Of a stretch of 64,000 nucleotides of DNA, positions 42,014 to 51,320 are shown piece by piece. Positions within the stretch are counted from its first letter, which is position 1, and each line of letters starts with the position of its first letter. A program made the position numbers and the translations under genes. A model generated the notes under the pieces. The model made no database searches and had not been told where the DNA came from. It was given only the letters and a program-made list of their open reading frames with translations. Source of the stretch: Marispirochaeta sp. (GTDB taxonomy: Bacteria; Spirochaetota; Spirochaetia; JC444; Marispirochaetaceae); the NCBI GenBank assembly GCA_963676835.2, contig CAXXFF010000002.1:1376001-1440000 (forward strand), written 5' to 3'.

Positions 42014-43294
42014 ATGGAATTAGGTCTGATATTACTAGGTTCTTTTCTCCTCATGATGGTTCTGGGCTTTCCCATAAGCGCCTCCATGGGTCTTTCGACT
42101 CTTATGGCCATCTTTACCAAACACTTTAACCCGGAAATCCTTCCCCTGCAGCTGCAGAGCGGCGCAGCCAACTCAACCCTTATTGCGATTCCCTATTTCC
42201 TGCTGGCGGGAAATATTATGAATTCCGCAGGCATAAGTCAGAGAATTTTTGACTTTGCCAATGCTCTCATCGGGTTTATGCGCGGCGGTCTGGCTCAGGT
42301 TAATGTACTTGCAAGTATGATATTCTCCGGTATCTCCGGATCCTCCACTGCCGATGCCGCCGGTCTCGGTCTGATTGAAATAGATGCCATGAACAAGAAG
42401 GGATACGACAAGCCCTTCTCCGTTGCCATTACCCTGGCATCTTCCGTAATAGGTCCCATTATTCCTCCCAGCATCAGCTTTATTATCTTTGCCATGCTGG
42501 CGGAAGTATCGGTGGCTAAACTTTTTGCCGCCGGTCTTATTCCCGGAATCATTGTGGGAATTCTTCTGATGATAACCAACTACCTGATTGCCAAAAAGGG
42601 TAAGATCACCATACCGGAACCGGAACCTTTCCGCATGAGTGAGGTTGGCAGAACCTTCAAGGCAGGATTCCTTGCAATTATTGCTCCGGTTATTCTTTTG
42701 GGTGGAATTCTTTCAGGTATTGTAACTCCCACCGAGACAGGAATAATTGCGGTTATCTACTCTATTCTGGTGGGTCTTATCTACAGGGAACTGAGCCTGA
42801 AAGGCCTGACCGATGCGGTTAAATCCACCATTACCGCCACGGCGGTTATCATGTTTATGATCGGTATGGGTAAGTCCATCGGCTGGGTTGTTACCATTGA
42901 ACAGCTCCCCCAGCAGGCTTCAGCAGGACTTCTTGCACTGACCCACAACAAGTATGTAATGCTTGTGGGGCTCAACATATTCCTGCTTATTCTGGGAATG
43001 TTTCTGGAAGCAAACACCATCAAGCTTATTATGGTGCCTCTGATGCTGCCCATAATTGATGCCATGGGTATCAGCCGGCTGCAGTTCGGTGTAATTCAGA
43101 CTCTCAATGCCCTGGTGGGAATTACCACACCTCCGGTGGGAATCGGCCTGTTCGTTATGAGCTCGGTGACGGGAATGAAGATAACCGAGATTGTTAAAGC
43201 CTTTAAGCCTTTTTATGTCACCCTGCTCATCGCACTGTTAGCGGTTACCTATATTCCCGCTCTCACCACCTGGCTGCCGTCGGTGCTGTTTTAG
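42014..43294 (+). CDS. dctM: TRAP transporter large permease
   Basis: AIPYFLLAGNIM, GISGSSTADAA, IGPIIPPS, TPTE and TPPVG. Confidence 0.94.
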   Translation: MELGLILLGSFLLMMVLGFPISASMGLSTLMAIFTKHFNPEILPLQLQSGAANSTLIAIPYFLLAGNIMNSAGISQRIFDFANALIGFMRGGLAQVNVLASMIFSGISGSSTADAAGLGLIEIDAMNKKGYDKPFSVAITLASSVIGPIIPPSISFIIFAMLAEVSVAKLFAAGLIPGIIVGILLMITNYLIAKKGKITIPEPEPFRMSEVGRTFKAGFLAIIAPVILLGGILSGIVTPTETGIIAVIYSILVGLIYRELSLKGLTDAVKSTITATAVIMFMIGMGKSIGWVVTIEQLPQQASAGLLALTHNKYVMLVGLNIFLLILGMFLEANTIKLIMVPLMLPIIDAMGISRLQFGVIQTLNALVGITTPPVGIGLFVMSSVTGMKITEIVKAFKPFYVTLLIALLAVTYIPALTTWLPSVLF

Positions 43295-43299
43295 TTCAT

Positions 43300-43453
43300 G
43301 GGCACCTCAAAAACGTGGTATTTTTACCATAGCCGAGGAGAATAGATTTTGTAGCGCCCGCACCCTGCACCAAAATTGTTTTGGTGCAGGGGAGGACCGC
43401 GGGAAATCTTAACGACGAAGGATATGGGGAAAAGAGTAGTTTTTGAGTTGCCC
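43300..43453. mobile_element. ~154-bp palindromic MITE/REP-like element, copy 2
   Basis: TIR GGGCACCTCAAAAAC ... GTTTTTGAGTTGCCC (14/15 match); central stem CCCTGCACCAAAA/TTTTGGTGCAGGG; starts 6 bp after the dctM stop. Confidence 0.78.
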
Positions 43454-43473
43454 TAATAATTGGAGAAGAACGT

Positions 43474-43755
43474 ATGAGTATTTTTGAAGCCGTTATGCTG
43501 ATCTGCTTCGGTGCCGCCTGGCCGCTGAACATCTATAAGTCCTACAAAACCCGTTCAACAGTGGGTAAAAGCCTCCCTTTTATCCTGGTAATCTTCACCG
43601 GATATATCTCCGGGGTTACCCACAAGATTCTGTATAACCGGGATATTGTCCTGGTGCTGTATATCATTAATCTCCTGATGGTTTTTATTGATATCCTGCT
43701 CTATTTCAGAAACAGGGCGCTGGATAATAAACGGACAGATGAGGTTTCCCCGTAG
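43474..43755 (+). CDS. Small 3-TM PQ-loop/SemiSWEET-like membrane protein
   Basis: FEAVMLICFGAAWPLNIYKSYKTRSTVGKS followed by two more hydrophobic helices; RBS GGAG. Confidence 0.75.
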   Translation: MSIFEAVMLICFGAAWPLNIYKSYKTRSTVGKSLPFILVIFTGYISGVTHKILYNRDIVLVLYIINLLMVFIDILLYFRNRALDNKRTDEVSP

Positions 43756-43812
43756 CCTGGCTTGTTTTAATCAGGAACAGTGTAAATAGATAACCCTGAT
43801 GAAATGGTATCC

Positions 43813-43845
43813 AACCACTGTGCCCCGGCGGTACAGTGGTTTTTA
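43813..43845 (+). terminator. Intrinsic terminator ending the UroD-like/TRAP operon
   Basis: Stem AACCACTGT/ACAGTGGTT followed by a T-run. Confidence 0.75.
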
Positions 43846-43852
43846 TTGAAAA

Positions 43853-43988
43853 GTTGAAAATCCAACAAAAATTTAAAAAAATACCGAAAAAGCAACATTT
43901 TTATCCGTTTTCAATTGCATCTTGTTTGTATCCCTAGTATTATAGCGAAGAATCAACAAACAGGTTGGATCTATATTGAAGATTCAAC
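43853..43988 (+). promoter_or_regulatory. rpiR promoter flanked by operator-like palindromes
   Basis: GTTGAAAATCCAAC (43853); TTGCAT-17-TATTAT (43915-43943); ATTGAAGATTCAAC (43975). Confidence 0.65.
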
Positions 43989-44028
43989 AAATATTTATCG
44001 ATTTTACTGAAAGATAATAAGGGGTGCT

Positions 44029-44886
44029 ATGAACAGGGATAAGCTGCAGCAAATGATATCCGCTACACGGCTCACAAAAAAAGAGAGTCTTGTGGCAGAG
44101 TATTTAATCAACAATCTCAATACCATCTGCTTCATGTCTGCATCTGAACTGGCCCGTACCCTTGATGTCAGCGATACTACGGTAAACAGAACGGTTAAAA
44201 CCCTCGGGTACAGCACTTTCCTGAGTTTTCAGGCCAAGGTACAGCAGTCAATGCTTAACCAGTCCAAGGAGTCATTCTTTCTTCCTCCTTCCGAGCGTCT
44301 TAACCAGGAGATACAGGACAAGTCGGTCGAGCAGTATGTGCTGCGCCTTTCCGAGGTGTTTTCGGAAAATGCCAACAGTGTCTTTGAGAGGAACTCCCAG
44401 GAGACCATTGAAGCCGCAATAAACATGCTGCTTACCAGTAAGACAAAGTACATCTGCGGACAGCGTCCCACCATCTATCTTGCAGAGCGCTTCGGGGTAG
44501 TCTTAAGGATGATTATTGAAAATGTCCGCATAGTTTCAGGCAGCTACTCCTTTGAGCAGGTTCTGGATATTACCCCCGATGACTGTCTGTTTGTAATTGA
44601 TTTCAACCGCTACAGCAAGAATGCAGACCGGCAGATTCAGTATGCCCGGGAGAAGGGGAGTAAGGTGATTCTGCTTACCGACCGGCCCACAGCGCCTTTT
44701 GCCAGGTTTGCCGATGTTGTGCTGGTGGTTAATGTACTGGGCTTGAGTTTTTTCAACTCCGGCATTGCACCGCTCATGCTGCTGGAGTATATCTGCTCCC
44801 GTCTTACGGTGCTTCAGGATAAGAAGGTTAAGGAACGGCTTGCCGGTCTTGACCCCTATTTCGACAGTTTCAGGTTGCAAAGCTGA
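44029..44886 (+). CDS. MurR/RpiR family transcriptional regulator
   Basis: LTKKESLVAEYL..MSASELA..VSDTTVNR..LGY HTH; SIS domain (FNRYS, VILLTDRPTAP). Confidence 0.92.
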   Translation: MNRDKLQQMISATRLTKKESLVAEYLINNLNTICFMSASELARTLDVSDTTVNRTVKTLGYSTFLSFQAKVQQSMLNQSKESFFLPPSERLNQEIQDKSVEQYVLRLSEVFSENANSVFERNSQETIEAAINMLLTSKTKYICGQRPTIYLAERFGVVLRMIIENVRIVSGSYSFEQVLDITPDDCLFVIDFNRYSKNADRQIQYAREKGSKVILLTDRPTAPFARFADVVLVVNVLGLSFFNSGIAPLMLLEYICSRLTVLQDKKVKERLAGLDPYFDSFRLQS

Positions 44887-44924
44887 CTGTCTGACAGTCG
44901 GCATAATTATTTTTTGGAGGAACA

Positions 44925-46448
44925 ATGAAACGGTTTCTTTTATTCAGCATGATTTTTCTTCTCGTATTTGTTGCTGCAGGCTGTGGTTCTAAAAAGGAAT
45001 CAGCAGAGGCTGCGGCTCCGGCGGTCAAGGAAATTACCTACGCCAATGCGGCGGATATTTCCACCCTGGATCCCCGTAACGCCACCGGTACCGATACCGC
45101 GGCTATTCTTGCACACATGTTCAGCAGTCTGTTAAAGACAGACAAGGACATGCAGGTTGTTCCCGATCTGGCGGCGTCCTATGAAAATATCGACTCCACC
45201 ACCTGGAAATTCACCCTCAAAGACAATGTTACCTTCCACGACGGTTCCAAACTTACCAGCGCCGACGTAAAGTACACCTTTGACACCATTGCCGACAAGG
45301 ATAAGAAGTACAGACTTGCCTCAGACTTCTCTTTTATCAGTATCGAAGTTATTGATGACTACAGCTTCTTTCTTAAAACGGCAGAGCCCTTTGCCGACCT
45401 TCAGATCCGCCTGAACTATGTAAAGATTCTTCCCAAGGCCTACCTTGAAGAAGTGGGTGATGAAGAGTTTGCCAAAAACCCCATTGGAAGCGGTCCTTTC
45501 AAGTATGTGGAGCGCCTGAAGGATGAGCGGGTTGTAATCGAAGCCTATGACGGCTACTTCGGCGGCAAACCTGCCCTGGACAAGATTACCTACAAGATTA
45601 TTCCCGAAGCAGCTTCCCGTATTGCTGCACTCGAAGCGGGTGAAGTAGACATTATTGGAAAGGTTTCCACCAGCCAGGTTCCCCGGCTTCAGTCTCTGGA
45701 TAATATTGAGGTTGTGGGCAATCCCACCACCCGGGTTATCTTCCTCGGCATGAACAGCATTGCAGAAGGTCCCCTGCAGGATGTTCGGGTACGTAAGGCA
45801 CTTAACTATGCGGTAGACCGGGATCTTATTATTGAAGGTGTTCTTGACGGTTACGGCAACAAGCTTGCATCCATCTCCAACCCCGAATTCTTCGGCTATG
45901 ATGCCTCAATTGCAGGTTTTGAGTATAACCCTGAAAAAGCAAAAGCCCTGCTTGCTGAAGCCGGCTATGCAGACGGACTCGACCTGGATTTCTCTGTTAC
46001 TACCTCCTACCTGAACGGTACTGATGTTGCCCAGGCGATTGCCGCACAGCTTGCCGAGGTTGGTGTTAATGTCAATCTCCAGCAGATCGATGCAGGGCAG
46101 CAGCGTGAGCAGATTATCAACAAGACCATATCCGGCCTCTATATGTTCGGAATCGGCGGTCCCTACTGTACCATCGACCTTGTTGCCAAGCTCTCTTTCT
46201 CCACCGGTGAGCGTTATTCAACCTACTCAAACCCCGAGTTTGACGCCCTGCGCAAGAAAGCGGCGGCAACCATTGATGACGCGGAACGGGCAGCTCTTCT
46301 CTCTGATCTTCAGCAGATGGCTATCGATAACGCTGCTGGTCTCTTCCTGTATCAGCAGTACGGACTTCTGGCCCAGAACAGCCGTGTCCAGAACTGGTCA
46401 CCCAGAATCGATGAAATGATCGTTCTGATTGACGCAGACGTAAAATAA
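44925..46448 (+). CDS. Peptide/nickel (family 5, GsiB/DppA-like) ABC substrate-binding lipoprotein
   Basis: Lipobox AAGC; TLDP; VVPDLA; FHDGSKLTSADVKYT; PIGSGPF; DVRVRKALNYAVDR. Confidence 0.93.
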   Translation: MKRFLLFSMIFLLVFVAAGCGSKKESAEAAAPAVKEITYANAADISTLDPRNATGTDTAAILAHMFSSLLKTDKDMQVVPDLAASYENIDSTTWKFTLKDNVTFHDGSKLTSADVKYTFDTIADKDKKYRLASDFSFISIEVIDDYSFFLKTAEPFADLQIRLNYVKILPKAYLEEVGDEEFAKNPIGSGPFKYVERLKDERVVIEAYDGYFGGKPALDKITYKIIPEAASRIAALEAGEVDIIGKVSTSQVPRLQSLDNIEVVGNPTTRVIFLGMNSIAEGPLQDVRVRKALNYAVDRDLIIEGVLDGYGNKLASISNPEFFGYDASIAGFEYNPEKAKALLAEAGYADGLDLDFSVTTSYLNGTDVAQAIAAQLAEVGVNVNLQQIDAGQQREQIINKTISGLYMFGIGGPYCTIDLVAKLSFSTGERYSTYSNPEFDALRKKAAATIDDAERAALLSDLQQMAIDNAAGLFLYQQYGLLAQNSRVQNWSPRIDEMIVLIDADVK

Positions 46449-46459
46449 ACTTCTTTATA

Positions 46460-46492
46460 AAGCCGGGGAGGCATATTCTGCCTCCCCCGCTT
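46460..46492 (+). other. GC-rich stem-loop after the SBP gene (mRNA stabiliser or partial terminator)
   Basis: GGGGAGGCA-TATTC-TGCCTCCCC with only a weak U-tract. Confidence 0.55.
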
Positions 46493-46505
46493 CTGGAATT
46501 AACTT

Positions 46506-47426
46506 ATGCGGAAATATCTTCTTAACAGATTTCTCCAGTCTCTTATTGCTATTTTAGGCATTACCATGGTGGTCTTTTTTGTCCTCCATCTGGCCGGTGA
46601 TCCGGTTGATCTGCTGGTTCCTCCCAGCGCATCCATCGAGGATATAGAACGTCTTCGCGCAGAGATGGGCTTTGATGATCCCGTAATGGTTCAGTATGCC
46701 AGGTTCATGGCTGATATGTTCCGCGGCGACCTGGGAATGTCCTACAACTATAACGAACCGGCTCTTACTCTGGTCCTGGAACGTCTACCCGCAACCTTGA
46801 GTCTGACCGGTGCGGCACTCTTTATTTCCCTTTTGTTCGGCATTCCCGCTGGGGTTATCTCTGCGGTAAAACGGAATACCAGAACCGACGCCGTGATCCG
46901 CTCTCTCGCGCTTCTGGGGCAGTGTCTGCCTGCATTCTGGCTGGGAATTATTATGATCCTGCTTTTTTCCGTGAAACTGCACTGGCTCCCGACTTCGGGC
47001 AATGAATCCTGGAAGTCCATAATTATGCCGGCCTTTACCCTCGGAGTATATACAGCGGCGACGGTAACCCGTCTGCTGCGATCAAATATGATTGAAGTTT
47101 TGAGTAAGGAATATATTGATACTGCCAAGGCAAAGGGGCTTGCACCGCGTATGGTGATAATGAAGCATGCCCTTAAAAATGCCATCAGCACCGTACTCAC
47201 CGTGCTTGGTATGCAGGTGGCCTTTCTGCTGGGTGGTTCGGTAATAACCGAGACTGTTTTCGGCTGGCCCGGTATCGGCAGACTTGCGGTTCAGTCCATT
47301 ACCAACAGCGATTTTAATGTTGTACTGGTAATTGTTATTCTCATGGCTTCCGGTTTTGTGCTGATCAACTTCATTGTTGACCTTCTTTACAGCATTATCA
47401 ATCCCAGAGTGAAGCTTCACGGTTAG
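46506..47426 (+). CDS. Peptide ABC permease (DppB-like)
   Basis: GDPV, GDLGMS, ERLPAT, PAFWLG, TAKAKGL and ETVFGWPGIG. Confidence 0.93.
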   Translation: MRKYLLNRFLQSLIAILGITMVVFFVLHLAGDPVDLLVPPSASIEDIERLRAEMGFDDPVMVQYARFMADMFRGDLGMSYNYNEPALTLVLERLPATLSLTGAALFISLLFGIPAGVISAVKRNTRTDAVIRSLALLGQCLPAFWLGIIMILLFSVKLHWLPTSGNESWKSIIMPAFTLGVYTAATVTRLLRSNMIEVLSKEYIDTAKAKGLAPRMVIMKHALKNAISTVLTVLGMQVAFLLGGSVITETVFGWPGIGRLAVQSITNSDFNVVLVIVILMASGFVLINFIVDLLYSIINPRVKLHG

Positions 47427-47437
47427 GACGGTAGTAT

Positions 47438-48274
47438 ATGTTACGCAGTTTAATTGACAGTAAAACCGGTCTTATCGGGGTGCTTATACTCATCGGTGTG
47501 GTACTGATGGCCCTGTTCGGAAGTTTCCTCACTCCCCATGATCCGGTAAAGCAGGATATCCTCAACAAGCTCCAGCCCCCGGCATGGAGCGGAGGAACGG
47601 TGGAACATCTGTTCGGCACCGACCAGCTGGGCCGGGATATTCTCTCCCGTATTATCCTTGGAAGCCGGATAACTCTTATTGTTGCCTTTTTCGGTACCAT
47701 TGTTGCAGGAATTGCCGGTGTAATTATCGGCTCCATTGCCGGGTATTATGGTAAATGGGTGGACGCAGTAATTATGCGTATTGTGGATATACAGCTCTCC
47801 TTTCCCTTTATTCTGCTTGCCATATTTATTGCGGCAGTTCTGGGGCCGGGTCTTGAGAATATTATTCTTATAGCCGGTATTAGCGGCTGGGTGCGCTATG
47901 CCAGGCTTGTGCGGGGAGAGATCCTTGCAATCAAGGAGATGGAGTATATCGAGGCGATCCGTTCTGTTGGCGGCTCGGATATGAGGATCATCTTCAAGCA
48001 TATTCTTCCCAATGTGATGAGCCCGATTATTGTAATCGCCACCCTGGAGATGGCCAGGATTATCCTGATGGAATCCGCCCTGAGCTTTCTCGGTCTGGGC
48101 GTTCCCATAGAGATTCCCACCTGGGGCCGTATGCTGGCCGAGAGCCGCACCTATATGGTGACTGCCCCTGCCATGGCCATAATTCCCGGAGTCTTTATAA
48201 CCCTGTCGGTCCTGGGGGTAAACCTTCTGGGTGACTGGCTGCGGGATTATCTTGATCCCAAACTGAATGTATAG
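47438..48274 (+). CDS. Peptide ABC permease (DppC-like)
   Basis: HLFGTDQLGRDILSR, ARLVRG, HILPN and ESALSFLGLG. Confidence 0.93.
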   Translation: MLRSLIDSKTGLIGVLILIGVVLMALFGSFLTPHDPVKQDILNKLQPPAWSGGTVEHLFGTDQLGRDILSRIILGSRITLIVAFFGTIVAGIAGVIIGSIAGYYGKWVDAVIMRIVDIQLSFPFILLAIFIAAVLGPGLENIILIAGISGWVRYARLVRGEILAIKEMEYIEAIRSVGGSDMRIIFKHILPNVMSPIIVIATLEMARIILMESALSFLGLGVPIEIPTWGRMLAESRTYMVTAPAMAIIPGVFITLSVLGVNLLGDWLRDYLDPKLNV

Positions 48275-48283
48275 GAGGGACCC

Positions 48284-49294
48284 ATGAAGGAGTCCTTGCT
48301 TAAGATAGATAAACTTAATGTTACCTTTGATACCCCCAAAGGGCTGGCCAAGGCGGTTAACGGAATCAGCTTTGATCTTGCGAAAGGGGAGAAGCTCGGT
48401 CTGGTCGGCGAGTCGGGTTCCGGAAAGAGTGTAACCGCCAAGAGTATAATCCGCCTGCTGCAGTCGCCCCCGGCTTCCATTGAAGGTCAAATAGCCCTTG
48501 CCGGGGAGGAGCTGCTTACCAAGCCGGAAGCAGAAATGCGTAAATACCGGGGTAATAAAATCTCCATGATATTTCAGGAACCCATGGTAAGCCTGAATCC
48601 TCTCTTTACTGTTGGGAATCAGCTTATCGAACCCTTAAAGCTGCATAAGCAGTTAGGTAAAAAGGACGCTGAAGCAAAGGCTGTAGAGATGCTCCGTCAT
48701 GTAGGCATTCCTTCTCCGGAGCAGCGGATGAAGCAGTATCCCTTCGAGCTTTCCGGCGGTATGCGTCAGCGGATTATGATTGCCATGGCTCTGTTGTGTG
48801 AACCCCGGGTACTGATTGCCGATGAGCCGACAACGGCTCTGGATGTTACCATCCAGGCCCAGATTATCGATCTTCTCAACCGTATAAACCGGGAGTTTGG
48901 TACTGCCATTATTCTGATAACCCACGATCTGGGGGTTGTTGCCGAAATGGTGGATACCGTTGCGGTAATGTACGGAGGCTATATTATGGAAAAGGCTCCG
49001 GTGGTAGAACTCTATGAGAAACCTCTCCATCCCTATACTCAGGGTCTGTTGAATTCTGTTCCCAGCATGAACGATGACCGGGAAGAGCTTAAAACCATTG
49101 AGGGTCAGGTAAACAGTATTTACAATCAGCCTGTTGGCTGTGCCTTTCATCCCCGCTGCCCCCTGGCACATGAGCGCTGCCGTACTGAGGTTCCACCGGA
49201 TGTTTTGAAAGACGGCCGGTTGGTTAAATGCTGGAATTATGCAGCTGAAGACAAACGGGATGCAGACGATGCAAACAAAGGAAAGGGGGAATAG
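48284..49294 (+). CDS. Peptide ABC ATPase (DppD-like)
   Basis: GESGSGKS, YPFELSGGMRQR, ADEPTTALD, HPYT and a C-terminal Cys cluster. Confidence 0.94.
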   Translation: MKESLLKIDKLNVTFDTPKGLAKAVNGISFDLAKGEKLGLVGESGSGKSVTAKSIIRLLQSPPASIEGQIALAGEELLTKPEAEMRKYRGNKISMIFQEPMVSLNPLFTVGNQLIEPLKLHKQLGKKDAEAKAVEMLRHVGIPSPEQRMKQYPFELSGGMRQRIMIAMALLCEPRVLIADEPTTALDVTIQAQIIDLLNRINREFGTAIILITHDLGVVAEMVDTVAVMYGGYIMEKAPVVELYEKPLHPYTQGLLNSVPSMNDDREELKTIEGQVNSIYNQPVGCAFHPRCPLAHERCRTEVPPDVLKDGRLVKCWNYAAEDKRDADDANKGKGE

Positions 49295-49295
49295 C

Positions 49296-50264
49296 ATGGC
49301 GAATCAGACACAGGATCTGCTGGTTCTTGAAAATGTAAAAAAATATTTCCCCGTACACGGTAAACCGTCGGAGTTTGTAAAGGCCGTTGATGATGTCAGC
49401 ATCCGGGTTAAGCAGGGCTCTGTTCTCGGTGTAGTCGGAGAGTCGGGCTGCGGGAAATCGACTCTGGCGCGGCTTATAATGCGGCTTATTGAGCCGACAT
49501 CAGGAAGTGTCTTCTTTGAGGGTAAAGAGCTGACCGCGCTGCCCCAGCGGGACCTCCGGAAAATCAGGCGGAATATCCAGATTATCTTTCAGGATCCCTA
49601 TGCTTCACTGAATCCCCGGCAGCGGATCGGCAATATGCTCAAGGAGCCCTTGAAGATTCACCGTATTGCTGCGGGTGAAGCAGCTGACCGGCGTGCCCGG
49701 GAGCTGGTGGAAATGGTCGGAATGAACGCTGACAGTCTGGACAAGTTTCCCCACGAGTTTTCCGGCGGCCAGCGGCAGCGTCTTTGTATTGCCCGTGCCC
49801 TGGCGGTGGAGCCGAAACTGCTTATCTGCGATGAGTGTGTCTCCGCCCTGGATGTTTCCATTCAGGCGCAGATTGTAAACCTGCTGAAAGACCTTCAGAA
49901 AAAGCTCAATCTGACCATGATATTTGTTTCCCACGACCTCCGGGTTGTGAAACATATCTCCAGCGATGTTGCTGTCATGTATCTGGGGAGAATTCTTGAA
50001 ACAGCTCCCAAGCATGAACTCTTCGGCAATACTGCTCATCCCTATTCGAAGGTCCTTCTGGGGGCGGTGCCTGTTTGTGATCCCACGGTGAAAAAGGAAC
50101 GCATTTTTCTGCAGGGAGATCTTCCCAGTCCGATTCATCAGCCTTCGGGATGCAAATTTCACACCCGCTGTTTTAAGGTGCAGGATGCCTGCAAGGGGCA
50201 GGAGCCGCTGCTTGATATGATTGCCAAAGATCACTATTGCCGTTGTCCCTACTGGGAGAACTGA
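49296..50264 (+). CDS. Peptide ABC ATPase (DppF-like)
   Basis: GESGCGKST, FPHEFSGGQRQR, DECVSALDVS and GCKFHTRC; ATG at 49296 follows a GGGGG RBS. Confidence 0.93.
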   Translation: MANQTQDLLVLENVKKYFPVHGKPSEFVKAVDDVSIRVKQGSVLGVVGESGCGKSTLARLIMRLIEPTSGSVFFEGKELTALPQRDLRKIRRNIQIIFQDPYASLNPRQRIGNMLKEPLKIHRIAAGEAADRRARELVEMVGMNADSLDKFPHEFSGGQRQRLCIARALAVEPKLLICDECVSALDVSIQAQIVNLLKDLQKKLNLTMIFVSHDLRVVKHISSDVAVMYLGRILETAPKHELFGNTAHPYSKVLLGAVPVCDPTVKKERIFLQGDLPSPIHQPSGCKFHTRCFKVQDACKGQEPLLDMIAKDHYCRCPYWEN

Positions 50265-50285
50265 TTTTTACTGGAGAATACCAAC

Positions 50286-51320
50286 ATGACCAAAACAGAA
50301 CGCATTAAAACAGCCATAGAGGGGGGAATCCCCGACAAGGTTCCCTATTCAATCTGGTCCCATGTACCCGGGATCGATATGATTCCTGAGAAGATCTCGG
50401 ATTTTACCGTTGATTTTTATAAAACCTACAATGTGGATTTTATAAAGACCATGAACAACGGTATGTACTGTATTGAGGATTTCGGCTGCACCGTTGATTA
50501 TTCGGAGATTGAAAAAGGCGGGGTTGCTAAACTTGTCTCTTCCCCGGTTAATTCAATTGCCGATTATGCAAAGATCAAGCGGGTGGGACTTGACTCAGGG
50601 GCTCTGGCCCGGGAGCTGGAATACCTCAGGCTGCTGATGGAAAAGCTCGACGGTGAAGATGTTCCGGTTGTCTTTACCATTTTCAGCCCCATTACTACGG
50701 CGGACAAGCTTGCCGGGGGGAAGCTTGTGGAACATATCCGCAGCGGCGAAACTTCTCTGATAAAACAGGCCCTTGCAGAAATTACGGCTACCACGAAAGC
50801 ACTGGTTAAAAAGGTTACAACCAGCGGCGCCGCTGGAGTTTTCTTTGCCTCCCAGATGAGCAGCTATGATGTAATGACTGAAGAGGAGTATGAAGAGTTC
50901 GGCAAGCCCTACGATATTGAGGTTCTAAAGGCTTCCGAAGGCTGGTTCAATACCATTCATGCCCACGGGGATAATATTATTTTCAATATTCTCAAGGACT
51001 ATCCCGTCGAAGTTTTCAACTGGCATATCGGAGAGACCCTGCCCGACCTTGAAGAAGGCCTGGACAGGACCGGTAAATGTATCATGGGGGGTATTCAGCG
51101 GATGGATATTACCAACGGCAGGCGAAACGAGATTGCGAACCAGATTTACCATGCCATTAAGAGTACCCATGGGCGGAACATTATCCTTACCCCGGGCTGT
51201 GTTATCCGCTATCCTCTGGAGCCGTCCACTCTTGGCTACATTTCCAGAATCAAGCAGAGTGTTGAATCCTCTCTCGGTTTGGGTACAGCGGCTCATCAAG
51301 GAGCAGGAGGAAAGGCATGA
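50286..51320 (+). CDS. UroD/MtaA-fold (URO-D-like) protein, paralog 2
   Basis: DKVPYSIWSH, TIFSP, FGKPYDIEVL, HAHG, MGGI and LTPGCVI; no RQAGR motif. Confidence 0.8.
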   Translation: MTKTERIKTAIEGGIPDKVPYSIWSHVPGIDMIPEKISDFTVDFYKTYNVDFIKTMNNGMYCIEDFGCTVDYSEIEKGGVAKLVSSPVNSIADYAKIKRVGLDSGALARELEYLRLLMEKLDGEDVPVVFTIFSPITTADKLAGGKLVEHIRSGETSLIKQALAEITATTKALVKKVTTSGAAGVFFASQMSSYDVMTEEEYEEFGKPYDIEVLKASEGWFNTIHAHGDNIIFNILKDYPVEVFNWHIGETLPDLEEGLDRTGKCIMGGIQRMDITNGRRNEIANQIYHAIKSTHGRNIILTPGCVIRYPLEPSTLGYISRIKQSVESSLGLGTAAHQGAGGKA

